From Vicugna vicugna (Eukaryota), in NCBI GenBank assembly GCA_013265495.1, contig MU058065.1, forward strand, positions 9,341,720 to 9,405,719: a stretch of DNA of 64,000 bases, in the 5' to 3' direction. The notes under the pieces are model-generated. The model was given only the letters and a program-made list of their open reading frames with translations. It searched no databases and had not been told where the DNA came from. Shown here piece after piece: positions 52,417 to 64,000 of the stretch; the stretch's first letter is position 1, and each line of letters starts with the position of its first letter. The position numbers and the translations under genes were made by a program.

Positions 52417-52997
52417 TATCATGCATAAATTCTCAACAAGGACAGTAATTTAAATATTACAGTGGCTCAGCCCTGCCTGACAAGCTCTTATTCCTTAGTT
52501 ACTTAATATGCAAGTACCCAGGGAAGGGGTAGCAGTTAATAATAATGTCTTAAAAGGACCCTTATGGGAACAATAATGGGAAAAAAAGTTGAAAAACACT
52601 GACCTAAGGTTAGGAAGATTTCAGGGTGAAGAATCAATGTATCAAGCCTTTATACAAAGTACACGGTTGCAATTCAGCAAAAGCTGGTTCCTGGCATTGA
52701 TATATAACAACCTTTTAGAATTAAACATGAGTTTAAGATAGATTGGTCCTGATTTTGCTGGGAAGACGGGCAAGGAGGCCAACTATTAGTGATCTAATCC
52801 TTCTTTGAGAAAAGCGCATGTTCTTTTAGGCCCCAAAGGCGCCTTAAAATGTTTTGGGCCAGTAATTTACTTAATGACACCCAGTGACCTAGAAGAATTA
52901 GTGTGCCTTTAAGTGATGAGTTTTTATGACTTCCCCAAAGGTCCTCATTTATTTGGTAGTTGAGCATTGTAATGTAGGAAACAAAGGCAAGAGTTTT

Positions 52998-53738
52998 TTG
53001 GGTTTTTTAAAATTGAAGTGTAGTCAGTTACAATGTGTCAATTTCTGGTGTACAGCATAATGTTTCAGTCATACATATACATACATACTCGGTTCCATAT
53101 TCTTTTTCATTATAGATTACTACAAGATATTGAATATAGTTCCCTGTGCTATATACAGTATTAACTTGTTGTTTATATCTATTTTATATATAGAAGTTAG
53201 TGTCTACGAATCTCGAACTCCCAATTTATCCCTCCACATCCCCTGTGCCTGCTGGTAACCTTAAGTTTGTTTTCTATGTCTGTGAGTCTGTTTCTGTTTT
53301 GTAAATAAGTTCATTTGTGTCTTTTGTTTGTTTGTTTTAGATTCCACATATGAGTGATAAAAATACCATCTGGTATTTTTCTTTCTCTCACTTAGAATGA
53401 TGATCTCCAGGTCCATCATGTTGTTGCCAATGGCATTATTTTATTCTTTTTTATGGCTGAATAGTATTCCATTGATAAATATACCACATCTTCTTTATCC
53501 AATCATCTGTTGATGGACATTTAGGTTGTTTCCATGTCTTTGCTATTGTAAATAGTGCTGCTATGAACATTGGGGTGCATTTATCTTTTTGAATTAGAGT
53601 TCCCTCCAGATATATACCCAGGAGTGGGATTGCTGGATCATATGATAAGTCTATTTTTAGTTTTTTGAGGCATCTCCATACTGTTTTCCATAATGGCTGC
53701 ACCAAACTACATTCCCGCCAGCCATGTGGGAGGGTTCC
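52998..53738 (-). mobile_element. 5'-truncated, relatively young L1 with 16-bp TSD
   Basis: TSD CAAAGGCAAG(A/C)GTTTT at 52982-52997 and 53739-53754; ORF2 C-terminus [11 protein letters not shown]...[11 protein letters not shown]...CTPMFIAALFTIAKTWKQPKCPSTDDWIKKMWYIY. Confidence 0.92.
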
Positions 53739-56700
53739 CAAAGGCAAGCGTTTTCAGAGCATCCCTTTCGCACCACTGAAAAAATTCTGCTCTCTCAACT
53801 TGACATATTTCTTTTTGCTTAAAGATATTTCAACTATTGAAAAGGCTTGAAATCACATTTCTTCTTTGAAGGTCAAAAGCAAAACGTATCTGGCTGGGAC
53901 ATTTCTTTTCCTACCCAGGGTATTAGAAACGTCATAAAATGACTCATATATATAACTCCAGACTCTGGGCCAATAACTTCTTTTTCTTCTAGCCAGTTAA
54001 TTTTTTAAAATTATTAATACAAAATTTTATCGAATTTGGTTGGAATCCCCCTGAGATATGGCACTTTTACTAACAAGAAAAGGAGGCTGTGTAAAATAAG
54101 GCAGAATTTCCGCTTGATATTCTTTCCTTCAAGGCTGTTTGATTTTACCAAGCTCTTGCACCTTGTGTCTGGGAAAAGCCCCAGGAGATGCTTTACTCAA
54201 GGAGAGGAGGAGGCTCTGAGGGGCCCCAGGGGGTGCAGCCCACAGCAGTGGCTGGCCTAGGAGAGGTGGAGAGTCAAAAACCTTTTAAAATCAGAAAAAC
54301 AGTCTTACAACTTTGAGGACAAAGTCCGGGGCTTTGTCAGTCACAGTAATTAAGTGGAGGTCGGTCCAGGAATGTGGCCTCCTTGATCCACACAGCTGCA
54401 GAAGACTCTGGGAAGAAAGGCTCCTTACTTCCTGTAACTGTGGGTTGTTCCGCTGGGACTTCCTGTCACAGGCTGTCCTCAGGGCTCCAACCATCCTGCC
54501 CTCACCCCCTAAGTTTTTCCTCCTACCAGTTTCTATCATCTTTAAAGAAAAGAATAAGGGGGTGGGGGGGAAGTGAGCTCATTACAATTAATGCCAAAAA
54601 GATACTTTACAGCAGAACTACTTTATAAATGAATTCACATGTCTCCAAACATTTTTCTACTGAACAATTTTAGTTATAGTTTAAAAAATAAAATGAGGCA
54701 GGAATAGGAAAGAAAGAAAGAAAGAAAGGACTTTATGAAGCCAAAATAGAAGTTTTATTGGATTCAGTTCCAAAAATAGGGTCCCTGGGTTCGGCTCTGA
54801 CTGTGACAATGGAGGGCAAAACCACTTAGTTTTACTTGTGTACAGTTTTTTCATTTTTAACCTGGTCTGGTGTTCCAACAGAGGAAATTATCTTGACATT
54901 GTGAAAACTTGCTTTTCAGACTCCATTGAGAACAGTTTAATTGAGTTTCATGGCACGTTATATTTTTAATTTTGATGTCACAATCATCAACGTTTATTTT
55001 GTAGTACATGGTACATGCATTGTCTTTGTTAAGCAAACAAATGATCTAAGGACCTAGAATGCGCATTCTACGAGCCGCATGCAATGGCGTAATTAAAGTG
55101 AGCAAAGTAAACATGCGGTGTTGTACGGTTAGTCCTCACTTCCAAGTAAAGTACAACCGAGTGAAATTTAATGTTTTATATGGATCACATGAATCATACA
55201 CAAAAAGAAGTGTTCTGGCGCTAAAGCTCAAAGCTGTTGATAATAATGCCTCACAAATGTGTGCATGCCACTGGTTTTCAAACGCTTTGCTCACATGTAT
55301 GACCTCACTGGGTGTCCTCAGCGAGCCATCGGGTAGGCCTGGCACACATTATGCGACAGATAAGGACCTCATCCACAGCTCAGGTGTGGAAGAATAGAAC
55401 TTTCTGGAAATCACATTAATTTCTGACTCTAGGTTGGTGGAAGTCAACTTTCAGTGCTCCATTAGCACCTAATTTCCAAAAAGCACCTCTTCCAGGTAAG
55501 TAGAATCACAAAACACACCTTAGCTGAGCAAATCACAAATCACCTTAGCGGAGCCTCTTCCTCCAGGTCCAGAGCTTGGGGCGCATGTGGATTTCACCCA
55601 GCCTGCCCCCTCACCCCTCGGCCAGGCGCTGCTGTGCAGGACACTAGCACACGCATGTGTGGTCATCCCACAGCCTTCGTCTTCCCTGGGCTTCTCTCTG
55701 CTCCTGTCAGGGAAGATGCCAGAACTCTCACATACTATGAATTTCTAAGACCTCGGGACGAGAGGTGGGAGAGCAGGAGAGCAGCTGCTGGGAGTCCGCT
55801 GTGCCATCCGCTGTTTTTATCTGTGCCTCACCTGCAGCCGGTGGCTCTGCTGTTTGCATTATATATTTGGAGTGTGGGGATGTTTGCTCAGAAGCCTGCA
55901 GTCCCTTCACCAGACACACTTTACAGCCACTTCCCCTCGGAGCTTCTGCAGAGAGCATCCCGGGAGCCCTCGGCTTGAGACTCTGTCTCTCTCAGAACTC
56001 ACCTCTGTCTCCATCTCTCACTCTCTCCTCTTCCTCTCCACAAACCGGCCAAGAGATCCTCTTCCAGTGTGGGGAGAGGGAGGACGAGAGAAGGGGCACT
56101 TCCTTGAGACTCAGGTTTTCTCACACAAAGTCAGACCTTTCTCTAAGTTGCTTCTGCTCCAGCCCTGAGGCAGACCTACCCAGAGACCATGAGAACAGGA
56201 CTGACCTCCTGACCTCCTTGAATAGAAGGAAGGAAAAAGGAAAGAATACCAGGTGGAGAAAATTATCCACCCACAATGACTATTTTTTGAATGGAAAACT
56301 GGTGTAAAGAATAGAATCATGGTAAAATTGAGGCCAGACTCTGTTGGATCTTTTACATCAGAGCATGATAAAGTGAGCTAGGTATTAAATTACCCGAGAG
56401 AAGGGACGGGCTGAGCCTGACTGTTTTGAATTGACTGTCAGATCAATGTGGTAAAAGAATAAGAACTAAGTTGCTTTGTTTTTTGTTCTCCATTCCATCG
56501 GGTAAAAGATCTTCTCTTGGGAGTAACGGAATCCAACACTTCACAAGTTCTCGGACGGGCTGTCAGGCAGAGAGGGTCTCTGGGAGGGACCAAAGCTAGA
56601 CAGCTGCCCTGGATGTGTAAACCTGGCTACCTCACTGTGCTCTCCCATTTGCTGAACATCCTGAAAGGTATGACGTCCTCAAAAGAGCCCCTTTGATGTG

Positions 56701-57615
56701 CAGTTTTTCTTCTGCAGAGAATAGCACGTGCTTTGGAATTGACAGGACGGCTTTAAATCTGGAGGTGGTGGGAACAAGCAAGAAAGTGACATCTTCAGGG
56801 GAGAAGTACCACTCTGGGGAGACAGAAGGTTGAATAGGAATTAACTAGGAGAAGAGTCTGAGGGAGAGAGAAGAAATCGAAGGAAGAGCATATAGAAGGC
56901 CTGTAGGTGAGACGACATGGCTCTTTGAAGGAATGGAAAGCAGTTTGCTGCTGCTCCAGCAGCCAGTGTGAGGGCAGGGTAAGAAAGGGGCATGTGGGAA
57001 AACTGGAAATTTTCAATTGGAAAATTAAGGACAAGAAGTTAGCAAAGGTGAACTGGCTAGAGCAGAAAACCCAAGATAAGCCATCATTTTTCTCATAGAA
57101 CAATTAAGAGTTAAATAGATATCTATCTGCCGATGGTCGTTGGGTGGCTCAAAATCATCAAGGCCAAGGTCTCAGTAAGACTCTTGCCCTTTTTTCATGG
57201 CTCCAGTCAACATGTCCACTTTTCGGGAGTTATGGAAAAAGCCAAAAAGGCAAAATGGTGCATGTTTACGGAATCTGACCGTGCAAGGAGATTTTCTGGA
57301 AGCCCCTCTCCAAAATTTCAACTTACGTTTCATTGTCCAGAACTATTTCACAACAGAGGCCTATTTGTCTTCCAGACATCACACCAAAATGTTGGGATTC
57401 ACTTTCAATGGATAAATCTGATACATATTTTCACGTTCCTGAACCAACTGCTGTGGCCAATGCACTGATTGTCCCAGTCCCCGCCCTTGTTTCATTATTC
57501 CTGAGCTACAGCATGGGTCTCTTTCACAAGGTCATCCTTCCAGGCCCCTGCTCAAGAGACTTCAAAGACTTTCCTCCAGCGTGCGAGCAGTTAAATTTAA
57601 CAAAAATATTTGGCA

Positions 57616-57700
57616 GGGGAGGGGTATAGTTCAGTGGTGGAGCACATGCTTAGCATGTGCTGGGTCCTGGGTTCAATCCCTAGTACCTCCATTAAAAAAA
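57616..57700 (+). mobile_element. Vic-1-type SINE
   Basis: ggggaggggtatagttcagtggtggagcacatgcttagcatg...gggttcaatccctagtacctccattaaaaaaa. Confidence 0.85.
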
Positions 57701-57984
57701 TTTTTTTTTTTAGGCAACTACCCTGGGCAGACAGGCTGGACTAGTCCATGAGGCTGAAGAAGCTCGGTCTTTCCCAGGCCCTTGTCTTGTCCCCTGCATT
57801 CCCTCAGTCATGCTGTGCATTTCATTTACTCGACTCCAGTGTACCCTTCAGGACCCAGCTCAGCCCCTAGCTGGTCCTGGATGTCCTCCTGCACCTTTAC
57901 TTAAGAGGATTCCTTCCTCCTTTCAATTTGCAATATTCGTTGTCCAACACCACTTCACTAGCCATTAGAAATGGACTATCCTGT

Positions 57985-58357
57985 ATGGGGAAACAGTATT
58001 TGTTTATGAGTAGTATATTATTGTGAGTTTTAGTATAAACAGTATTGATATACTAACATACAAATGTTGTTTATATTAGTATAAACGATATTACTATATT
58101 GTTGGTTAATGCATAAATTGGTTCAACCTTTTTGGCAAGCTATTTAGGAGTATCTATTAGAGTTTAAAACATACACACCATTGCTTTAGCTATAAAACTT
58201 CCAGAATTTACCACACAGATATACTGACAAATGTGCTCAGTGTCGCAGGTACATGTTTGTGTGTGTGTGTGTTTTTTTTTTTTGGTAAGAGAAAATATGT
58301 CCATCAATGGGAGATTGAAAAATGTGGTATATGCAGAAAATGAAAAAAAAAAAGAAA
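57985..58357 (+). mobile_element. Poly(A)-tailed retroposed insert with 18-bp TSD, containing old L1M-like sequence
   Basis: TSD AGAAATGGACTATCCTGT at 57967-57984 and 58358-58375; A-rich tail ~58337-58357. Confidence 0.8.
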
Positions 58358-60059
58358 AGAAATGGACTATCCTGTTGCTACTTGGTTTTTATCACATTAT
58401 TGAGCACTTTTCTACATTTCCATACAAACATGTCCTATCTCATCTTTACATCTTTCACATAAAGCTTTCAGATATGTTTAATGTTGAAAGAAGAAAACCA
58501 ATGAATGAATGAATGATTACAGCTTAACTGCTCCAAAAACATTCAGCTGAAGTTTTAAGATCATTATGCAGTTTCCTTGCATTGAACTTGTCACTTGACC
58601 TCAGAACCATGTGGCCAGATTTCCGCTGAGAAGTGAGTCCAAATACACTGGGGAGACTTAGTCTGTTACATCTCCAGATTCTTAAATATATTTACTCCAA
58701 GCACTTTCTTCTATAGATAGAGAACTTGATTTCACAGAGCCTTAAATAAATTTTAGCCAGGGCACTAAACAGTGTAGGAGACTCAGCAAGCTAGTATCCA
58801 GCTAAGCAAATGAAGCATATGTAATTGCTGAACTGCTTGCAGTAAGAGAAATTCAGATCGCTCGGTTGCTGTTTAATTCTGACGCACAGCGAGATGTCTT
58901 CTGAAAAGTCATGGTTGATTGCTAAGTGTAATTATACCTAAATAGTACTCAGATTGTCTTAGAAACCTCATGAAACTCTGGAGAATTCATTTTAAATATA
59001 ATAAAAATTTCAAGTTAGACTTTTGTTGTAATCAGTTTAGCTTTATCAAGATACATAAAGGGGCCTTTGACTTTTCAGTAAAAGTGATGAGGACTTTAAA
59101 GCCTGTGGTTGTATTTGATTTATCTGTGGAAACAATGACTAAGTGCAAGGTGTCTGCATGAGGTTTGCTCTTTTGATGTGGCATTTGAATTCTTTCCTAG
59201 GCCGTCTGGCATTGAGTATATGTGAACTTGTTTTTAAGTACAGAAAAATCTCAGCCATGAATAACCAAATGACCAAGGTCTTCTTCAACAGCATTGACTA
59301 GTCCAGCCTGTCGACCCACAGTAGTTGACTGGGATAATTTTTTCAAAATAGAAAGTAATTTATTTTCCTACTTCATATAAATTTGTTTAACGAAACTAGC
59401 CCACACACTAAAAATTAATGTCAGAATCTTTCACCGTGAGAATTAATCTTAGCATCTCTACCTCTTTCTCAGATAGGGTTGAGCTTCACCTTGAGGCTTC
59501 TCTGTATCCTCTGGCTCTGGAGAGCCGCTTAAGGCCCAGGATTAATCAGGCCCTGTTAGCAGCATAAAATGGTGCAGACAGCCCAGAGCCTCTCCCCCAG
59601 GGCAGTGCTCACCTCCACTCCTGCTCTTTGCTGGCATGACTTGTGAAGCCTGACTCTAGGCAGATCCACCTGTCTCCTTGCCTCCCGTGTCTACATACGT
59701 GACTGGAAACACTTCTCCTGCTTTTCTTGAATTTCCATAAACTCTTTTCTTTTCCATTTAGATTTGTGGGGGCATCAAGGAGCATCCCCAACACCAATTT
59801 AAACTGAATTCCTGATCAGACCTTGACCTAAGCCCCTCTCCCCCATTCAGTGCCTGTTCCTGCATGCCGTTTATTTCCTGGACCCCTCCACTGTCTATAT
59901 TTGCCTTCTAGTGAATTTGGAACATAGAGCCTTTAAAGTCTGCTATGGAATTACTCTTATCCTATGGGATCAGGTCTTGGAGTTGGCTGGTAAATTAAAG
60001 AAATTGATCACAGCATAAAATCACAAAAATTATACACATTTATCTTAAACATTCTATTT

Positions 60060-60480
60060 TAACCTAAAACATTTTAATGTATATTTATTCACCAGGTTTT
60101 TGATGGAGGACCAAGTTCTCCCTGATTACAGTTCTGAGTGGCCTTTCTTGCATAAAGCATTTCAATGTGTATTATTTATCATTTCTATTTTTGGTTTCTT
60201 TATTGTGGAGGGAGAACCTAAAGATGCTTTTAAATCTAAATTTTTATGATTCTTCCAATCTTTTAAAGCTTTCTTGCTCACACAAACTGATAGGGACTTT
60301 ACTCTGTGTAGTGCTTTGCTTTTATCAAGTCTTTCAAAAGCCAGTGACTTTGCTTTCATAGGTACAACTCTCTTTACACACTCATGTATCATTGATTTAT
60401 ACAGCATACATTATGTTATATAATTCTAGTCAAATACAGGTGTTATCAACAGGTTTGGGAACAAATGCAACCAACTCTTG
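60060..60480 (-). mobile_element. Ancient Tigger/pogo transposase remnant (N-terminal HTH region)
   Basis: Minus-strand KRVVPMKAKSLAFERLDK...KDWKNHKNL...STIKKPKIE resembles the Tigger/CENP-B-type N-terminus. Confidence 0.55.
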
Positions 60481-61296
60481 GTAAGTATACAACTCAACCA
60501 ATAGGAGCAGAAATGAGAAAACAAGAGAGTGCCTTAGAAGCAGTGACTGAGCATTCAAGGTGCTGTGGGGATCATTCAGCATGTTCTAAAGAAGGATTGG
60601 AGGTACAACAGCAATCAGCTGAAAGCGTCCAGCTGGACAGTGGTATAGAGCATCTGCCAGTTTAGGCAACCCAAGAGAAAGAAAATTCTTTCTCTGCCAA
60701 CTCTGTGTAGCAATATAGGGAAGGAATCTGATTGGATTACATGTTCCCATGTGATGTCTACTGTTACCAAAGGCTTAGGGGTAACTCAGGGATAGCTCAA
60801 CTCAGGTCACATTTGGGAGTGAATGACACTCCCAGGGCTGCCTGCACAATTGGCACAGCAGCCCTAGAGTGAGTGACTAAATCAGTAGACAAATTTCTCT
60901 TCTTCCTTTTCTCCAGAACCCTCTGCAATTAAGCTTCAGCTCCTACCATTCCATCGGTTAACTCCCAGGACCATCTTATCTGATTTATCAGTAGAATTGA
61001 ACAAAGCCAATCATTCTCTTCTCCTTGGAATGCATTCTTCTCTTTGTTTCTAGAACAATCTTTAGTTTTACTCTTCCTCAGGCTTCTTTGCTAGTCGCTC
61101 CTCATCTCTCTAACCCCTAAATGTTGGAATATCTTAGTCTGAGTTTCTTCTCTGGGTACACTCAATCCCTGAATGATCTCATGGATTTAAATATACGTAT
61201 AAACTGATGGCTCCTTAGGGTGTATATTCAGCTTTTGTCTCTTCCTTGAATTTTCAATAAGTGCTCCATTTGCCTGACAAAAGGCATTCCAAATTC

Positions 61297-61560
61297 AGTA
61301 CACTCAGTTCTGCTATAATACTTATTTTGAAATTGTGAATTTGTTCTAACATGATTGATGCATTAGGATATAATTTGAGCATAACACTACTTTTGCCTTT
61401 GCTTTTGTGCAATTTCATCTGTGAGAAACACTAGGTGAATGCAGAAAAGGGCACCCAGCTGAGCTCACAGGAACACACAAAATGCACACATGCACACATC
61501 ACCTACCGGCTACCTCAGTTCACATTGTGTTGTCCTGCAAGGTTGTGTTTGACTATCCTT
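61297..61560. mobile_element. TcMar-Tigger family relic
   Basis: ttctgctataatac...gaatttgttctaacatgattgat...aatttgagcataacac...gagaaacactaggtgaatgcagaaaa. Confidence 0.55.
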
Positions 61561-61876
61561 TCACCTTTGTGAGCTTTTCTATCCTAGAAAATGCTCCTTC
61601 AACATCCCAAACATTTAAGTGTCCTGGATCAAAAATGCCAAGCAGTCCTTGCAAAGGAGAGGTATTTAAGTATTGAGGAGAGGCTTGAAATAATCATTTT
61701 TTCACAAATGAGAGAATACGGGCATTCTTTGTTTTGCATAGCACCATGTTAACTGAAACTCATGCAAATAGGGAGGGAGTGTGTGCTCCCTGCCATGGCT
61801 CCGTGGTAACTGACACCTCTTAGCAAGGACACAGTTTTGAGATGCATGAGCTTCCATTTAAACAGTGTCATGCAGT

Positions 61877-61965
61877 GGAGAGGGAAACAGCTCAGAGGGA
61901 GAGCACATGCTTAGTGTGCACGAGGTCCTGGGTTCAATCCCCAGCACCTTTATTAAAAAAAAAAA
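61877..61965 (+). mobile_element. Vic-1-type SINE
   Basis: agctcag...gagcacatgcttagtgtgcacgaggtcctgggttcaatccccagcacc + A-tail. Confidence 0.8.
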
Positions 61966-62352
61966 TTAAACAACTGCTTGTATGTGATCTCTCTTGAGCA
62001 GTATGCAGAGGGAATCCACATTGCAGACTATGACAGACAATGCCATAAAAATTTAAAAGTTCCCATGGTGGGAACAAACTTGTGTGCTGTGAAGTCAATA
62101 AAAATAAGGCCTAAAGACATGGAAGGAATGAAAAGATAGTTAAACATATGGATTAAAGATCAAATAGTAAAAAATGTTTGCTTGAACACCGTCTTGTCAG
62201 GGAGACCTTCCCTGACCATCCTATCTAGAATTTCACTCCCAATTCCTCAAATCACAGTACTTTCTAAATGTTATCCTTTTTTGATAACATTTATCACTGT
62301 TAGACATATTATATAGTATTTTACGTATTTTTTAGTTTATTTTCTGTCAACC

Positions 62353-62650
62353 TGTGGTAGTTTTAAAATATGACTGTAAATTCTTTGGCCCTCATAGAGA
62401 GGTAAGTTCTATGCCCTCCTCTTGAATGTTGGCAAGCGTGGTGGGAGTGACACTATGTGACTTCTGAAGAAAAGTCATAAAAGGCCATGCAGCTTCCACC
62501 TTGTTCACGGGAACACTTGCTCTAGGAGCCTGACATCCCCGAGGTGATCATGCTGTGTGGAGGCCCTGGTCAGATGGCGAGCTCATACATGGGTGCTGGG
62601 TGACAGTGTCAGCCAGGCTAGTCTTTGAGTCACACTGGACCAGATGCTCA
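62353..62650 (+). mobile_element. MaLR LTR fragment (MLT1-type)
   Basis: tgtggtagttttaaaatatg...aaattcttt...gtgacactatgtgacttctga...tcataaaaggccatgcagcttccaccttg. Confidence 0.65.
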
Positions 62651-63762
62651 GAATCTAGTGGAAAGATGAACGCCCATGTAATTGCAATGCATAATTACAA
62701 CTCAATGTGAAAGATGCCTCGGTGAGATATTAATAGAGACCTGTGGGGAGTCAGGGGAGAGAGTAAGCCATTTGCAGGGGAGGACTGTAAGTGAGGGCTT
62801 GGCAGAGAGGTGACATTTGAGCTGTCCTGAAGGATGAGTAGGAATTTGCCCAGCAAAGGATGGAAGAAGAAACAGACTCTTGGTTTCCTCTTCTTTCCAA
62901 CACTTTGAGAGCAGGGAAGGCCGATTCCTTCTGACAACAGGAATCAACCAACTGACCAGAAGCATAAACTGAGTCATGCATAGCGTGAGTATAGGGATTA
63001 GGTAAACTGATGCCACGGGGATACAACGGCCAGTGTAGGCAAGACTGAAGGTGGAGCCAAGCAAGACATTCCCTTTTCTGGGCTTGGGCTTGTTTTCTCA
63101 TCTGTAAAAGACAGAGATGAGAGTGAAAGATGTAGCGTAGGCCATTCTCGCTCATGAATCTTGTGATTCGAGTTCTTTCCTAAATTGGATCTTTTCAAAG
63201 TTCAACAATCTCCATGCTGCCAGCTGTTCCTTGTATGATATTTTCCAAGCCCTTTAACCCATACGTGCCTCCCTTTGCATGGAATCTGCTTTGTCAGAGT
63301 TTACTGTAAAATGTAGCGTAGTGTACCATAGTGCCAGGAGTAAATGTCCTACTCCAGACATGGTCCCACCAGAGAGGAGGCTCTGAGGCGACGCCCCCTT
63401 TTACCTATTGTAAAAGGTTTTGGACCTCAGTTGGAGCGGCGCAAGGCTTCATCAGCTTTTTCTAGTCATATCAGAAGTTCAAGGCCTTTTTCAAATGAAC
63501 TCTTGATTAATTCATCCTGGTACCCTGTATTGTGAACTTATGCATTGATTGAACCTCAGTATTGGACTTGACATTCATTCATGTTAAATGTGTTTTTGCA
63601 GTCCCAGAAGCATCTAGCATAGTTAGTCAATAAATATCTGTTGAACTGATTTTCATTTTGCTTTAAGCTGTCAACACAATTTAACAAAAGCTTTTAGAAT
63701 TTTTATTAGTTTTATAGTCTGTAACCCCTAAGTCTTTCTACTTTGAAGAATGGTATGAGATG

Positions 63763-64000
63763 TGTTAAAAAAAAAAAAAGTCTAAACCAAATCTTAATTT
63801 AATTACAGTCTCTCCCAGAAGTGGAATCTTAAACCAGTCAATCAGGAATCACCTGATCAGCTGGCTAGGTAATCTGTCTAACAGTCCCCTGCGCTCCCCT
63901 AAAGGAAAGTGAGCTTGCAGTAACCAACCCACTTCTTTCGTGGTATAACTGCCTTGCTCCCTCTCCCTTCTGGCTATAAAAGTCTTTCTTTTTGTATGGC
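63763..64000 (+). mobile_element. ERV1-type LTR 5' part (runs off window)
   Basis: aaccagtcaatcaggaatcacctgatc...gtaaccaacccac...TATA box ctataaaag near 63974. Confidence 0.5.

Noticed and set aside
55634..56307. Overlapping 104-180-aa ORFs
   Set aside because: Low-complexity CT-rich sequence open in several frames, with no known domain or supported exon structure.
27800..64000. A second protein-coding gene downstream of MYO1B
   Set aside because: No CpG island, spliceable exon chain or recognisable cellular protein on either strand. The recognisable peptides are all transposon remnants.

Overview
This is mammalian genomic DNA, most likely a camelid, judged from several tRNA-derived SINEs of the Vic-1 type. 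Bases 439-26364 (+) hold the last 12 coding exons of MYO1B (unconventional myosin-Ib): the motor-domain end and IQ motifs, including the two duplicated 87-nt cassette exons, then the TH1/PH tail and the stop codon. All exons have GT-AG boundaries and splice in frame. A 3' UTR of about 1.2-1.4 kb follows, with three AATAAA signals and two miR-25/92/363-family seed sites. The remaining ~36 kb has no recognisable gene and is rich in L1, L2, MIR, MaLR/ERV LTR and DNA-transposon relics. Notable observations: (1) an ERV 3'-end/MER41-like LTR fragment with hallmarks of L1-mediated retroposition; (2) a 373-bp poly(A)-tailed insertion of old-looking sequence between perfect 18-bp TSDs; (3) an unexplained ~55-60-bp inverted-repeat pair 1.5 kb apart; (4) a 275-bp tandem duplication whose substitutions are all A>C; (5) a twin-primed inverted L1 nested in a MER58; (6) QKI/RBFOX-type motif clusters after the duplicated IQ exons. 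I found no evidence of a new protein-coding system. Repeat family names come from recalled consensus sequences, not a database search.
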